In this document: piece after piece, positions 1-9,253 of the stretch
Position numbering within the stretch: position 1 is the stretch's first letter
Layout: each line of letters opens with the position of its first letter
NCBI GenBank assembly: GCA_965372835.1
Contig: CBDVDV010000001.1
Location: 4,593 to 68,592, forward strand
DNA length: 64,000 bases
Direction of reading: 5' to 3'
Source: an uncultured bacterium
Lineage (GTDB): Bacteria; Planctomycetota; DG-23; CBDVDV01
Notes under the pieces: generated by a model
The model's input: only the letters and a program-made list of their open reading frames with translations
Told to the model about the DNA's origin: nothing
The model's database searches: none
Translations under genes and position numbers: made by a program

Positions 1-596
1 CCAACGTGCCACCCCAGGGCGGCCGAAAGCACCCCGAGCAGCACTACATCCAGGTCAACACCCGGAACATCCTGTTCATCTGTGGCGGAACCTTCGTGGG
101 TCTGGAGAACATCGTCCGTGAGCGGGTGGGACGTCGGGCCATCGGCTTCCGCCGGGAAATGTACGTCGATAAGAAGCAGGAACTGGGCGAGCTGCTGGCC
201 CAGGTGGGCAACGAGGACCTCATCAAGTACGGGATGATCCCGGAACTGGTGGGCAGGATGCCGGTGACCGTGGCCCTGGAGCCGTTGGACCAGGAGGCCC
301 TGGTGCAGATCTTGATCGAGCCCAAAAACGCCCTGGCCAAGCAGTACCAGAAGATCTTTCGCATGGAGCGGGCCACGTTGACGTTTCAGCCTCAGGCCCT
401 GGAGGCGGTGGCCGAGCTGGCCCTGGAACGGGAGATCGGTGCCCGGGCGTTGCGGTCCGTCATGGAGGACCTCATGCTGGACCTGATGTACGAACTGCCT
501 TCCAAATCGAAGAAGAAGTACGTCATCACCGCGAAGCAAGTCGAGAAGCTGCGCCAGTCGCCACCCTATTACGGGCGCCGAAAGGAAATCGCCTGA
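1..596 (+). CDS. clpX: ATP-dependent Clp protease ATP-binding subunit ClpX, C-terminal part (gene starts upstream of window)
   Basis: Translation NILFICGGTFVGLENIVRERVG...KNALAKQYQKIF matches the conserved ClpX AAA+ C-terminal region; the ORF runs off the 5' edge. Confidence 0.9.
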   Translation, partial: NVPPQGGRKHPEQHYIQVNTRNILFICGGTFVGLENIVRERVGRRAIGFRREMYVDKKQELGELLAQVGNEDLIKYGMIPELVGRMPVTVALEPLDQEALVQILIEPKNALAKQYQKIFRMERATLTFQPQALEAVAELALEREIGARALRSVMEDLMLDLMYELPSKSKKKYVITAKQVEKLRQSPPYYGRRKEIA

Positions 597-663
597 GCCG
601 ACCGGCTGTCGACTTGGCGCCGGCCCCGACCGTCCGAAGCGCCTCGGCGACCTCACCTTGCCC

Positions 664-693
664 TTGATTTCCAACCTGTCGGGGGGCTATTAT
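664..693 (+). promoter_or_regulatory. Sigma70-like promoter candidate (TTGATT-N18-TATTAT) upstream of the aminotransferase/serA operon
   Basis: Hexamers read directly in an AT-richer intergenic stretch. GAGGGAG RBS at 742-748 precedes ATG 757. Confidence 0.4.
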
Positions 694-756
694 ACTCCGT
701 CCTGCGAAGCACCCTCAGAGGGGACAGTGAGACCGGACCACGAGGGAGATGCATAG

Positions 757-1923
757 ATGCTCAAGCGGCGACTGCTGGCTCCCGGGCCCACTCCCGTGCC
801 CGAGGAGGCCCTCCTGCGCCAAGCCCAGCCCATCTACCACCACCGCACACCGCGGTTCCGGAAACTCCTCGCCGAGGTACTGGGCCTGCTCAACTACGTC
901 TACCGCACCGAAAACGACACGCTCGTCTTCGTCTCGGCCGGCACCGGAGGCATGGAGGCGGCGGTGGTCAACCTCCTGGCGCCCCAGGACACGGCCCTGG
1001 TGGTCGAGGGCGGGAAGTTCGGCGAGCGCTGGCGCGAGCTCTGCCAGGCCTATCAGCGCCCCGTTGTCACCCTGGACGTGGAGTGGGGGCGGAGCGTCAC
1101 TCCTGAGGCGCTCGCCGCCGCCCTGGCGGAGCACCCCGAAGTCAAGGTGGTTTTCACACAGTTCTGTGAGACATCGACGGCGGCCCTCGCCGACACCGCA
1201 GCCATCTCGCCCGTGGTCCATGAGGCCGAGGCCCTCTTAGTCGTCGATGGCATCAGTGCCGTGGGCGCCGTCGAGTTCCGCACCGACGAATGGGGCGTCG
1301 ACGTGCTGGTGGTCGCAAGCCAGAAGGCCCTGATGACTCCCCCCGGGCTGGCCACCGTGACCGTGAGCACCGAGGCCTGGAAGCGCATCGAGGCCAACCC
1401 GGCCCGCGGCTACTACTTCGACCTGGTGAGGAACCGGAAGGTCCTTGAGACCCACGACCCGGTCTTTACCCCGGCCATCACGCTCCTTGAGGCCCTGGCG
1501 GTCGGACTTCGCGCCTTGAAGGCCGAAGGCATCGAACGAGTTTGGGAGCGCCACCGCGCCCTGGCCGACGGCGTGCGGGCCGGCGTCCGGGCCATGGGCC
1601 TGGAACTGTTCGCCGAGCGGCCCAGCGACAGCCTCACGGCCGTCAGCCTGCCGGAGTCGGTCGACGGCACTCAGCTGGTCACGATGCTGCGCGAAGAGGA
1701 GGGCATTACCATCGCCGGCGGTCAGGGCAGGCTCAAGGGGAAGATTTGCCGGATCGCTCACATGGGCTACATGGACGGATACGATTGCCTGGTGGCCCTG
1801 GCCGCGCTGGAGCGGGTGCTTCGCCGGTTGGGGGTCGAGGTGCCGACCGGGGTCGGCGTGACCGCGGCGCTGGAGGTCTACGAGACCCGCGCCCGGTTGC
1901 GGGAAAGCGCCGGCGGCGCCTGA
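757..1923 (+). CDS. Class V aminotransferase (serine-pyruvate / phosphoserine aminotransferase family), likely the SerC-equivalent of this operon
   Basis: 388 aa with a PLP-dependent class V aminotransferase-like sequence. Lies immediately upstream of serA. Confidence 0.75.
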   Translation: MLKRRLLAPGPTPVPEEALLRQAQPIYHHRTPRFRKLLAEVLGLLNYVYRTENDTLVFVSAGTGGMEAAVVNLLAPQDTALVVEGGKFGERWRELCQAYQRPVVTLDVEWGRSVTPEALAAALAEHPEVKVVFTQFCETSTAALADTAAISPVVHEAEALLVVDGISAVGAVEFRTDEWGVDVLVVASQKALMTPPGLATVTVSTEAWKRIEANPARGYYFDLVRNRKVLETHDPVFTPAITLLEALAVGLRALKAEGIERVWERHRALADGVRAGVRAMGLELFAERPSDSLTAVSLPESVDGTQLVTMLREEEGITIAGGQGRLKGKICRIAHMGYMDGYDCLVALAALERVLRRLGVEVPTGVGVTAALEVYETRARLRESAGGA

Positions 1924-1965
1924 GGATCGTTTAGCCTCGCCGTACCGAAACTGAGGGGGACAGGG

Positions 1966-3570
1966 GTGGAGAAGCGACATACAGTGCTGGTGATGGACAA
2001 CCTGGCCGAGGAGGGGGTGCGCATCCTCGAGGAAGAACCGGGGCTCGAAGTGATACGCGGCGACCGCCTCGACGACACCGACCGCAGCCAGGCCCTGGCC
2101 CAGGCTGAAGGACTTATCCTGCGCAGCGGGACCAAGGTAACGGCCGAGTTCTTGGCCGGCGCCTCAAGGCTCCGCTACGTCGCCCGCGCCGGGGTCGGGG
2201 TGGACAACATCGACCTCACCGCCGCCAGTCGCCGGGGCATCGTCGTCATGAACACCCCCGGCGGCAACACCACCAGCACGGCTGAGCATACCTGGGCCAT
2301 GATCCTGGCCCTCAGCCGCAACCTCCCCCAGGCCCACGCTGCCCTGCGCCAGGGCAAGTGGGAACGTAAGAAGTTCATCGGCACCCAGTTAGCCGGTAAG
2401 ACCCTGGGCGTCATCGGCTTGGGCCGGGTGGGAAGGGAGGTGGCCAAGCGGGCCGTGGCCTTCAGGATGCGGGTGGTGGGCTACGACCCCTATTTTGACC
2501 CCCAGAGCCTGGGGGACGCCGAGGTCACACTGGTGGAGAGGCTCTGTGACCTCCTCTCGGAAAGTGACTTCATCACCGTGCATACGCCACTCACCGACGA
2601 CACCCGGGGCATGATCGGCGAGCGAGAGTTCGCCCTGGTTCGCCCGGGGGCGCGGGTGGTGAACTGCGCCCGTGGCGGCATCGTCGATGAAGACGCCCTC
2701 CACCAGGCCCTCATCAGTGGCAAGGTCGCCGGCGCGGCCCTGGACGTCTACACTAAGGAACCACCGGTGGACAACCCCCTCCTCCAACTCCCCAACGTCG
2801 TGGCCACGCCACATCTGGGCGCCTCCACTGAGGAGGCCCAGATCGCCGTCGCCTGCGAGGCCGCCAGGCTGATGCGCCAGGCCCTGCTTCACGGCCACGT
2901 CGAACACGCGGTGAACCTGCCCGCCCTGGCTCCCTCGGAGGAGCCCGTGGTAGCGCCCTACCTGGTACTGGCTGAAGCCCTGGGCAGTTTTGCCGCCCAG
3001 TTGGCTCGCGGGCGCATCCGCGCTCTGCGGGTGACCTACAGCGGAGAGGCAGCCCTGCGCGCCACTCGCAGGATCACCCGGCACGTGACCATGGGGGTGT
3101 TGCGGCCCGTAGTCGAGGAACAGGTCAACGTGGTCAACGCTTCGGTGCTGGCCACTGAGCGGGGGGTCCGCATCGAGGAACTCAAGAGCACCGAGACCGG
3201 CGAGTTCTCCACCCTGGTAACCCTCAGGCTGACCACTGACGAGCAAGAGCGCACCGTTCGCGGGACACTTTTCGGCAAGAACGAACCCCGGCTGGTGGAG
3301 GTGGATGGCTTCGAAGTGGACGCCATTCCCAAAGGGGAGTTACTGGTCGTCTTCGACCGCGACCGCCCCGGCCTCATCGGCGAGATCGGCCGCATCCTGG
3401 GTAGCCACGGTATCAACATCGCCCGTATGACCTTCGGCCGGAAAACCGCCGGCGGCGAGGCCATCACTGTGCTCAACCTGGACAGGGTTCCTCCCCAAGA
3501 GGTGCTTCGGGCGGTGGAGCAGATGGAGGACGTCTCCCAGGTTCGCCACGTCACGCTGCCCGGGGGATAG
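1966..3570 (+). CDS. serA: D-3-phosphoglycerate dehydrogenase with C-terminal ACT domain
   Basis: 534 aa. NAD-binding GxGxxG (GVIGLGRVG), 2-hydroxyacid dehydrogenase catalytic region, long C-terminal regulatory extension. Confidence 0.9.
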   Translation: MEKRHTVLVMDNLAEEGVRILEEEPGLEVIRGDRLDDTDRSQALAQAEGLILRSGTKVTAEFLAGASRLRYVARAGVGVDNIDLTAASRRGIVVMNTPGGNTTSTAEHTWAMILALSRNLPQAHAALRQGKWERKKFIGTQLAGKTLGVIGLGRVGREVAKRAVAFRMRVVGYDPYFDPQSLGDAEVTLVERLCDLLSESDFITVHTPLTDDTRGMIGEREFALVRPGARVVNCARGGIVDEDALHQALISGKVAGAALDVYTKEPPVDNPLLQLPNVVATPHLGASTEEAQIAVACEAARLMRQALLHGHVEHAVNLPALAPSEEPVVAPYLVLAEALGSFAAQLARGRIRALRVTYSGEAALRATRRITRHVTMGVLRPVVEEQVNVVNASVLATERGVRIEELKSTETGEFSTLVTLRLTTDEQERTVRGTLFGKNEPRLVEVDGFEVDAIPKGELLVVFDRDRPGLIGEIGRILGSHGINIARMTFGRKTAGGEAITVLNLDRVPPQEVLRAVEQMEDVSQVRHVTLPGG

Positions 3571-3646
3571 CCCAGCGTCCCGGTGGAAGTCGAGATGAGT
3601 CCGCCCTCTCTTTCCGGCATCGGAGCGGTGCAGGAGCTGTGTCAAG

Positions 3647-4681
3647 ATGGCGACGAATCCTCACCACCCTCTGATCGCTGTCACCATGGGTGACCCGGCT
3701 GGCGTCGGCCCCGAGGTCGTGCTTCGAGCCCTGGCTGAAGGCGAACTGGCCGGCGAGGCCAGGCTCCTGGTGGTGGGGACACGCCGGACGCTGGAAGAGC
3801 GAGCCGGGCGCTTTGACCTGCCCTGGGACCTGCCCACTGTCGCCGGGCCCGGGCAGTGTCACGATGCCGACCTTCCCGTGGCCCTCTACGAGACGCCGGG
3901 GTTGGACCTGGCCGAAGTACAACTGGGGCTGGCTTCGGCCGCTGGGGGCCGGGCAGCCCTGGCCTACATTGAGCAGGCCCTGGAGTGGGCACTGACCGGG
4001 GACGTGGACGCTCTGGTTACCGGCCCTATCAATAAGGAAGCGCTGTTGCTTGCCGGCTCGGCCTTTCCGGGGCATACCGAACTGCTGGCGAGTCGGACCG
4101 GCTCCCGGCGGGCGACCATGATGCTGGTGGGTGGAGGACTGCGGGTGACCTTGGTCACCACCCATGTGGCCTTGCGTCGATTACCCGGACTCCTCACGAC
4201 GAAACGCATCCTCCAGACGATTCAGGTGACCAACGAGGGTCTGCGGACGTGGTTCGGCATCGGGTCCCCGCGCATCGCCGTCTGCGCCCTCAACCCGCAC
4301 GGCGGCGACGGGGGCCGGTTCGGCACCGAAGACGTGACGGTGGTGGCGCCGGCTGTGAAGCAAGCCAGAGGCAAGGGCATCGACTGTGTGGGGCCGTTCC
4401 CCAGCGATGCGCTCTTTTACCACGCCCTCCAGGGACGCTATGACGCCGTGGTCGCCCTCTACCACGACCAGGGCCTCATCCCCGTGAAACTGCTGGCCTT
4501 CGACCGCGCGGTGAACGTTACGCTGGGGCTTCCCATCATCCGCACCTCGGTCGATCACGGCACCGCTTACGACATCGTCGAGAAGGGAATCGCCTCTGCC
4601 TCCTCGATGATTGAAGCAGTGAAACTCGCCTCTCGCTTCGCCCGGCGAAAGCGGTCGGCCAAGGGTGCGTCTACGGAGTAG
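3647..4681 (+). CDS. pdxA: 4-hydroxythreonine-4-phosphate dehydrogenase
   Basis: 344 aa. N-terminal IAVTMGDPAGVGPE and HTEL / HGTAYDI motifs typical of PdxA. Classic pdxA-ksgA adjacency. Confidence 0.9.
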   Translation: MATNPHHPLIAVTMGDPAGVGPEVVLRALAEGELAGEARLLVVGTRRTLEERAGRFDLPWDLPTVAGPGQCHDADLPVALYETPGLDLAEVQLGLASAAGGRAALAYIEQALEWALTGDVDALVTGPINKEALLLAGSAFPGHTELLASRTGSRRATMMLVGGGLRVTLVTTHVALRRLPGLLTTKRILQTIQVTNEGLRTWFGIGSPRIAVCALNPHGGDGGRFGTEDVTVVAPAVKQARGKGIDCVGPFPSDALFYHALQGRYDAVVALYHDQGLIPVKLLAFDRAVNVTLGLPIIRTSVDHGTAYDIVEKGIASASSMIEAVKLASRFARRKRSAKGASTE

Positions 4682-4691
4682 GACTCGGCCG

Positions 4692-5618
4692 ATGAGGAAT
4701 TATCAGACTCTGAATTTCATTCGCCGACAACTCGCCCGGCGTGGGCTCCGGCCCAACACCGGTCTGGGCCAGCACTTCCTCATCGACGGCAACCTGCTTC
4801 ACCTCATGGTGGAAAAGGCCGGGGTGGGGGAGGGCGACCTAATCCTGGAGGTAGGGGCTGGAACAGGGAGCCTGACCCAACTTCTGGCCCGGCGGGCCGG
4901 ACACGTCATCGCCGTGGAGTTAGACGCCCGACTGCTGGACATGGCCCAACGGGCCCTGGTACGCTACGACAACGTTACCGTCTGGCAGGGGGATGTCCTG
5001 GCCAACAAGCACACCCTGGCCCCGGAACTGGTGCGCCTGGTCGAGGAACACTTGAAGGAGTACGCTGACCGCAGACTGAAAGTGGTCTCGGACCTGCCCT
5101 ACAAGGTGGCCACCCCGGTCATCGTCAACCTGTGGGAAAGTGGGTTGCCCGTCGAACTGATGCTGGTCACCGTCCAGCGCGAACTGGCTGAGAGGCTGGT
5201 GGCTCGCCCTGGAACCAAGGCCTACGGGGCGCTCACCATCAAGGTGGCTGTGTGGGCTGAGGCAGAGGTGCTGCGCATTCTGCTGCCGGCTGTCTTCTGG
5301 CCCCGACCGGCGGTGCAATCGGCCTTCGTCCGTCTGCGCCGGCGGAGTAAGCCACTGCTTTCGGCTGCCGAATACCCCGGGTTCGCGGCGCTGGTAGACG
5401 GGCTTTTCAGACATCGCCGCAAGACCGTGAAGCGCGCCCTCGTCGTCGCCGCCCGGGAGCCCGGGCTTGCCCAGGTCGCCCAGAACACGCAGGCCGCAGA
5501 CCGTGCTGACGTCCGCCGCGTCGACCAACTGGCGCTAAGAGACTTCATCTCGCTGGCGCAGAGGCTCCAGCCTCAGCAGAGCCCCCGGGGGGGCTCGAAA
5601 CAAAGGGAATGCCCATGA
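4692..5618 (+). CDS. rsmA: 16S rRNA (adenine1518-N6/adenine1519-N6)-dimethyltransferase
   Basis: GQHFLID and SAM-binding LEVGAGTGSLT motifs. ATG at 4692 chosen because it follows the pdxA stop (the track ORF starts at GTG 4665). Confidence 0.88.
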   Translation: MRNYQTLNFIRRQLARRGLRPNTGLGQHFLIDGNLLHLMVEKAGVGEGDLILEVGAGTGSLTQLLARRAGHVIAVELDARLLDMAQRALVRYDNVTVWQGDVLANKHTLAPELVRLVEEHLKEYADRRLKVVSDLPYKVATPVIVNLWESGLPVELMLVTVQRELAERLVARPGTKAYGALTIKVAVWAEAEVLRILLPAVFWPRPAVQSAFVRLRRRSKPLLSAAEYPGFAALVDGLFRHRRKTVKRALVVAAREPGLAQVAQNTQAADRADVRRVDQLALRDFISLAQRLQPQQSPRGGSKQRECP

Positions 5619-6691
5619 ACCACCGCGGCCGACGCGCAGCGCTCCGGGAGAAACAGGCCCAGGCCGGCACCGGGGCTCTGCTGGTGACCAGCCAAAGCAA
5701 TGTCCTCTACCTGAGCGGCTTCACTGGCGGAGACAGTTGGCTCCTTCTCGCCGGCGAGCGGGCCGTCCTGCTGACCGATTTCCGCTACCGAGAGCAGGCC
5801 GAGAACGAGGCGCCCGACCTGGAAGTGGTCACGAGAAGCAACAACACGCTCGTCGATCTCGTTGCCAGCCTGCTGGCTGACGGCGCCCGCCTGGCTTTTG
5901 AAGCAGCGCACGTCTCCTATGCCGACTACGGCCGACTGGCCGAAAAGGTGGGCGCCGACCGTATGCACCCGGCTGAAGGGTGGGTAGAGGAACTGCGAGT
6001 CGTCAAGTCCCCGGAGGAGGTGGAGCGCATTCGCCGGGCCATTGCGGTGGCGGAAGAGAGTTTCCAGGAGACACGGGGGCAGATCCGGCCAGGGATGCAA
6101 GAGAAGGAGTTGGCCGACGAGTTGGTGCACCGGATGCGCCGACGGGGCGCCCAGGTGGAGTCCTTCCCGGTCATCGTGGCGGCCGGGGAACGGGGGTCGC
6201 TCCCCCACGCTCGTAGCACGGACCAGCCGATTCAGGCGGGCGCGAGCGTCCTGGTGGATTGGGGGGCGCGGGTCGGTTTCTACAATTGCGACTTGACACG
6301 GGTGCTTTTCGTGAGTAGCATTCCAAGTTTGTTGAGGACAATTTACCCTGTGGTTTTGGCCGCGCAGCAGGAGGCTTATGAAGCCTCTCAGCCGGGACGC
6401 GCGCTGGGCGAGGTGGACCAAGCGGCCCGCGCCCTTATCGCGCAGGCCGGATACGGGGAGGCCTTCGGACACGCGCTCGGGCACGGCGTGGGCCTGGAGG
6501 TACACGAGCGGCCGACGGTCCGCCAGGGAGCTGAAGAACTCGCGCGAGCAGGGATGGTGCACACGATCGAGCCGGGCATCTACCTGCCCGGGGTGGGAGG
6601 GGTCCGCATCGAGGACATGGTGCTCCTGGGAGAGACCGGGGCGGAACGGATGACCACTCTGCCCCGTGACATCGAGGCGATGGTGGTGTGA
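5609..6691 (+). CDS. pepP: Xaa-Pro aminopeptidase (M24B family)
   Basis: 360 aa. Creatinase N-domain plus C-terminal metal-ligand signatures (HGVGLEVHE, EPGIY, IED). Confidence 0.85.
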   Translation: MPMNHRGRRAALREKQAQAGTGALLVTSQSNVLYLSGFTGGDSWLLLAGERAVLLTDFRYREQAENEAPDLEVVTRSNNTLVDLVASLLADGARLAFEAAHVSYADYGRLAEKVGADRMHPAEGWVEELRVVKSPEEVERIRRAIAVAEESFQETRGQIRPGMQEKELADELVHRMRRRGAQVESFPVIVAAGERGSLPHARSTDQPIQAGASVLVDWGARVGFYNCDLTRVLFVSSIPSLLRTIYPVVLAAQQEAYEASQPGRALGEVDQAARALIAQAGYGEAFGHALGHGVGLEVHERPTVRQGAEELARAGMVHTIEPGIYLPGVGGVRIEDMVLLGETGAERMTTLPRDIEAMVV

Positions 6692-6712
6692 AGCAGGCTC
6701 AGGGAAGAGGCC

Positions 6713-7300
6713 ATGGCGACGATTATCGCCAACGACTTCCGTCCGGGCATGACGGTGATGGTGGACGGAAGGGTGATGCGGGTGGTGGAGTACCAACGGG
6801 TGCAGCCCGGTAAGGGCGGTGCGTTTCTGCGCACCAAACTGCGCGACCTGGAGCGCGGCGGCATGGTCAACAAAACCTTCCGCTCCGAAGAGAAGATCGA
6901 GCAGGCCTACCTGGAAACCCGCAAGACCCAGTACCTCTACCGCGACGGCGACGCCTGCTACTTTATGGACATGGAAACGTTCGAGCAGGAAGGCGTCCCC
7001 GCTGACGAACTGGGCGACCACGTCCTGCACCTGAAGGAGGGCATGGAGGTGTCGTTCCGCACCTACAAGGGACGGCGAGTGGAGGTAGAACTGCCCGCCT
7101 TTGTAGAGGTCGAGGTGGTGCAAACCGATCCCGGGGTGCGCGGCGACACGGCCGCCGGCGGCTCCAAACCGGCCACGGTAGAAACGAGTGCTACGGTGAC
7201 TGTGCCTCTGTTCATCAACGTCGGTGACGTCATCCGGGTGGACACCAGGACGGGCCAATACGTGGAACGGGTACAAGGGGGCCGAAGCGGTGGAGTCTGA
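6713..7300 (+). CDS. efp: Elongation factor P
   Basis: 195 aa. N-terminus MATIIANDFRPGMTV...GKGGAFLRTKLR is the conserved EF-P KOW region. Confidence 0.95.
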   Translation: MATIIANDFRPGMTVMVDGRVMRVVEYQRVQPGKGGAFLRTKLRDLERGGMVNKTFRSEEKIEQAYLETRKTQYLYRDGDACYFMDMETFEQEGVPADELGDHVLHLKEGMEVSFRTYKGRRVEVELPAFVEVEVVQTDPGVRGDTAAGGSKPATVETSATVTVPLFINVGDVIRVDTRTGQYVERVQGGRSGGV

Positions 7301-7766
7301 CGGGCTCGAAGAGTTTATCCGGGCGCTCATCGCCATTATGCAGGAGAGCGAACTGACGGAGTTGGAGGTGGAGCGTGAAGGGGTCCGCGTCCGCCTGCAG
7401 AAGCAACGGCCCATCTCCGCTGCCGAAGTGGTGACCGTGACCTCTGGACCGCCGGCCGCCTCCTCCAGCGCCCCCGCGCCGTCCCCGGCGACCGTGCCTG
7501 AAGCGCACACCCGGGGCAGCCTGGTCGAGATTGTTTCCCCCATGGTGGGAGTCTTTTACGAGGCCCCGGCGCCTGACGCCGACCCCTTCGCCAAACTCGG
7601 TGACGAGGTCGAGCCCGAGACGGTGGTCTGTATCATTGAAGCCATGAAGGTAATGAACGAGATCAAGGCCGAAACCAGCGGTCGGATTGCCGACGTCCTG
7701 GTCAGCAACGGTGAAGCCGTGGAGTTCGGTCAGGTGCTTTTTCTGGTCGATCCCACAGAGGAGTGA
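7296..7766 (+). CDS. accB: Acetyl-CoA carboxylase biotin carboxyl carrier protein
   Basis: C-terminal biotinyl domain with the EAMKVMNEI motif and a Pro/Ala-rich linker. Start placed at GTG 7296, overlapping the efp stop by 4 nt, to include the conserved N-terminal LEEFIRAL segment. Confidence 0.85.
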   Translation, partial: SDGLEEFIRALIAIMQESELTELEVEREGVRVRLQKQRPISAAEVVTVTSGPPAASSSAPAPSPATVPEAHTRGSLVEIVSPMVGVFYEAPAPDADPFAKLGDEVEPETVVCIIEAMKVMNEIKAETSGRIADVLVSNGEAVEFGQVLFLVDPTEE

Positions 7767-7858
7767 GTCCGTCGAGCCGGTCCGGCCGGGGGTTGGCGCC
7801 CTTCGACACGGGCAAGGGTGGTTAGCCCGGCCGACCGCACGGAAGGAAACCAGCCGAG

Positions 7859-9202
7859 ATGTTCTCCCGAATCCTGGTGGCCTGTCGTGGTGAGATCGCC
7901 TTGCGGATCATCCGCGCCTGCCGGGAGTTGGGCATTGAAACGGCGGCCGTCTTCAGTGAGCCCGACCGAGGTGCCCACTATCTCCAGTTGGCTGACCACG
8001 CCATCTGCATCGGGCCGGCCAGCCCCGCCGAAAGCTACCTCAACGTGGCCCGCGTGCTCGCGGCGGCCGAGGTGGCCGACGTGGACGCCATCCATCCCGG
8101 TTACGGCTTCCTGGCCGAAAACGCCCACTTCGCCGAGGTCTGCGAGTCCTGTAACATCAAGTTCATCGGACCCTCTTCCGAAGCCCTTCGGCTGACGGGC
8201 AATAAGTGCGAGGCCCGCCGACTGGCCCAGGAGAATCGGGTGCACATCGTGCCGGGCACCGACGGGCCGGCGGAGACGGAGGAGGACGCCCTGGATGCGG
8301 CTCACCGGGTCGGTTTTCCGGTGATGCTGAAAGCCTCGGCCGGTGGCGGCGGTCGGGGGATGCGCATCGCCCACAACGACATCAGTCTGCTCAACGCCTA
8401 CCACGCCGCCCGCTCCGAGGCGGAGGCGGCGTTCGGTGACGGGTCGGTGTACGTGGAAAAGCACATTCCCCGCGCTCGTCACGTGGAAGTGCAGGTGCTG
8501 GCTGACGAGCACGGTAACATGGTCCACCTGGGCGAGCGTGACTGCAGCATCCAGCGCCGACACCAGAAGTTGGTGGAGGAGGCCCCCTCGCCGGCGGTGG
8601 ACAGCCGACTGCGCTACGAGCTCGGCCGGGCGGCGCTCCGGGTGGCCCGGGCGGCCAAGTACACCAATGCCGGCACCGTGGAGTTCCTGCTTGACCCGGA
8701 CCGCCACTTCTATTTCATCGAGGTCAACGCCCGCATCCAGGTCGAGCACCCGGTCACCGAGATGGTTACGGGTGTGGATATCGTCAAGGAGCAGATCCAC
8801 ATCGCCGCCGGGGAGCCCCTGACACTGACGCAGCGGCGGATCACCATCCAGGGCGCGGCTATCGAGTGCCGGATCAACGCCGAGGATTACACCAACGGCT
8901 TCAAGCCCAGCAGCGGGCGGATCACCGAATTCGTGGCGCCGGGCGGCCCCGGGGTGCGTCTTGACACCCATGCCTACACGGGCTACCAGGTCTCCCCGCA
9001 CTACGACAGTCTGTTGGCTAAACTGGTGGTCTACAAGCCCACCCGCCAGGAGGCCATCCAGTGTATGCGCCGGGCCCTGGAAGAGTTTCGCATCGACGGG
9101 GTCAAGACCACCGTCCCTCTGTACGCGCAGATCTTCCAGAACAAGCGCTTTGTGGAGGGCCGGTTCGACACTGGGTTCATCGACAACCTATATCTGGGCT
9201 GA
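7859..9202 (+). CDS. accC: Acetyl-CoA carboxylase biotin carboxylase subunit
   Basis: 447 aa. ATP-grasp biotin carboxylase N-terminus MFSRILVACRGEIALRIIRACRELGIETAAVFS. accB-accC operon. Confidence 0.95.
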   Translation: MFSRILVACRGEIALRIIRACRELGIETAAVFSEPDRGAHYLQLADHAICIGPASPAESYLNVARVLAAAEVADVDAIHPGYGFLAENAHFAEVCESCNIKFIGPSSEALRLTGNKCEARRLAQENRVHIVPGTDGPAETEEDALDAAHRVGFPVMLKASAGGGGRGMRIAHNDISLLNAYHAARSEAEAAFGDGSVYVEKHIPRARHVEVQVLADEHGNMVHLGERDCSIQRRHQKLVEEAPSPAVDSRLRYELGRAALRVARAAKYTNAGTVEFLLDPDRHFYFIEVNARIQVEHPVTEMVTGVDIVKEQIHIAAGEPLTLTQRRITIQGAAIECRINAEDYTNGFKPSSGRITEFVAPGGPGVRLDTHAYTGYQVSPHYDSLLAKLVVYKPTRQEAIQCMRRALEEFRIDGVKTTVPLYAQIFQNKRFVEGRFDTGFIDNLYLG

Positions 9203-9253
9203 GACGAGTCAGTTGCACCCGGGAGAAGTTCGACTTGCTGTGAGGAGGGGCAA

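Noticed and set aside
6290-6350. Local low-GC patch inside pepP (ttcgtgagtagcattccaagtttgttgaggacaatttaccctgtggtt)
   Set aside because: It stays in frame and encodes a plausible loop (VSSIPSLLRTIYPVV). There are no repeats or flanking direct repeats to suggest an insertion. It is likely just a relaxed-codon segment.
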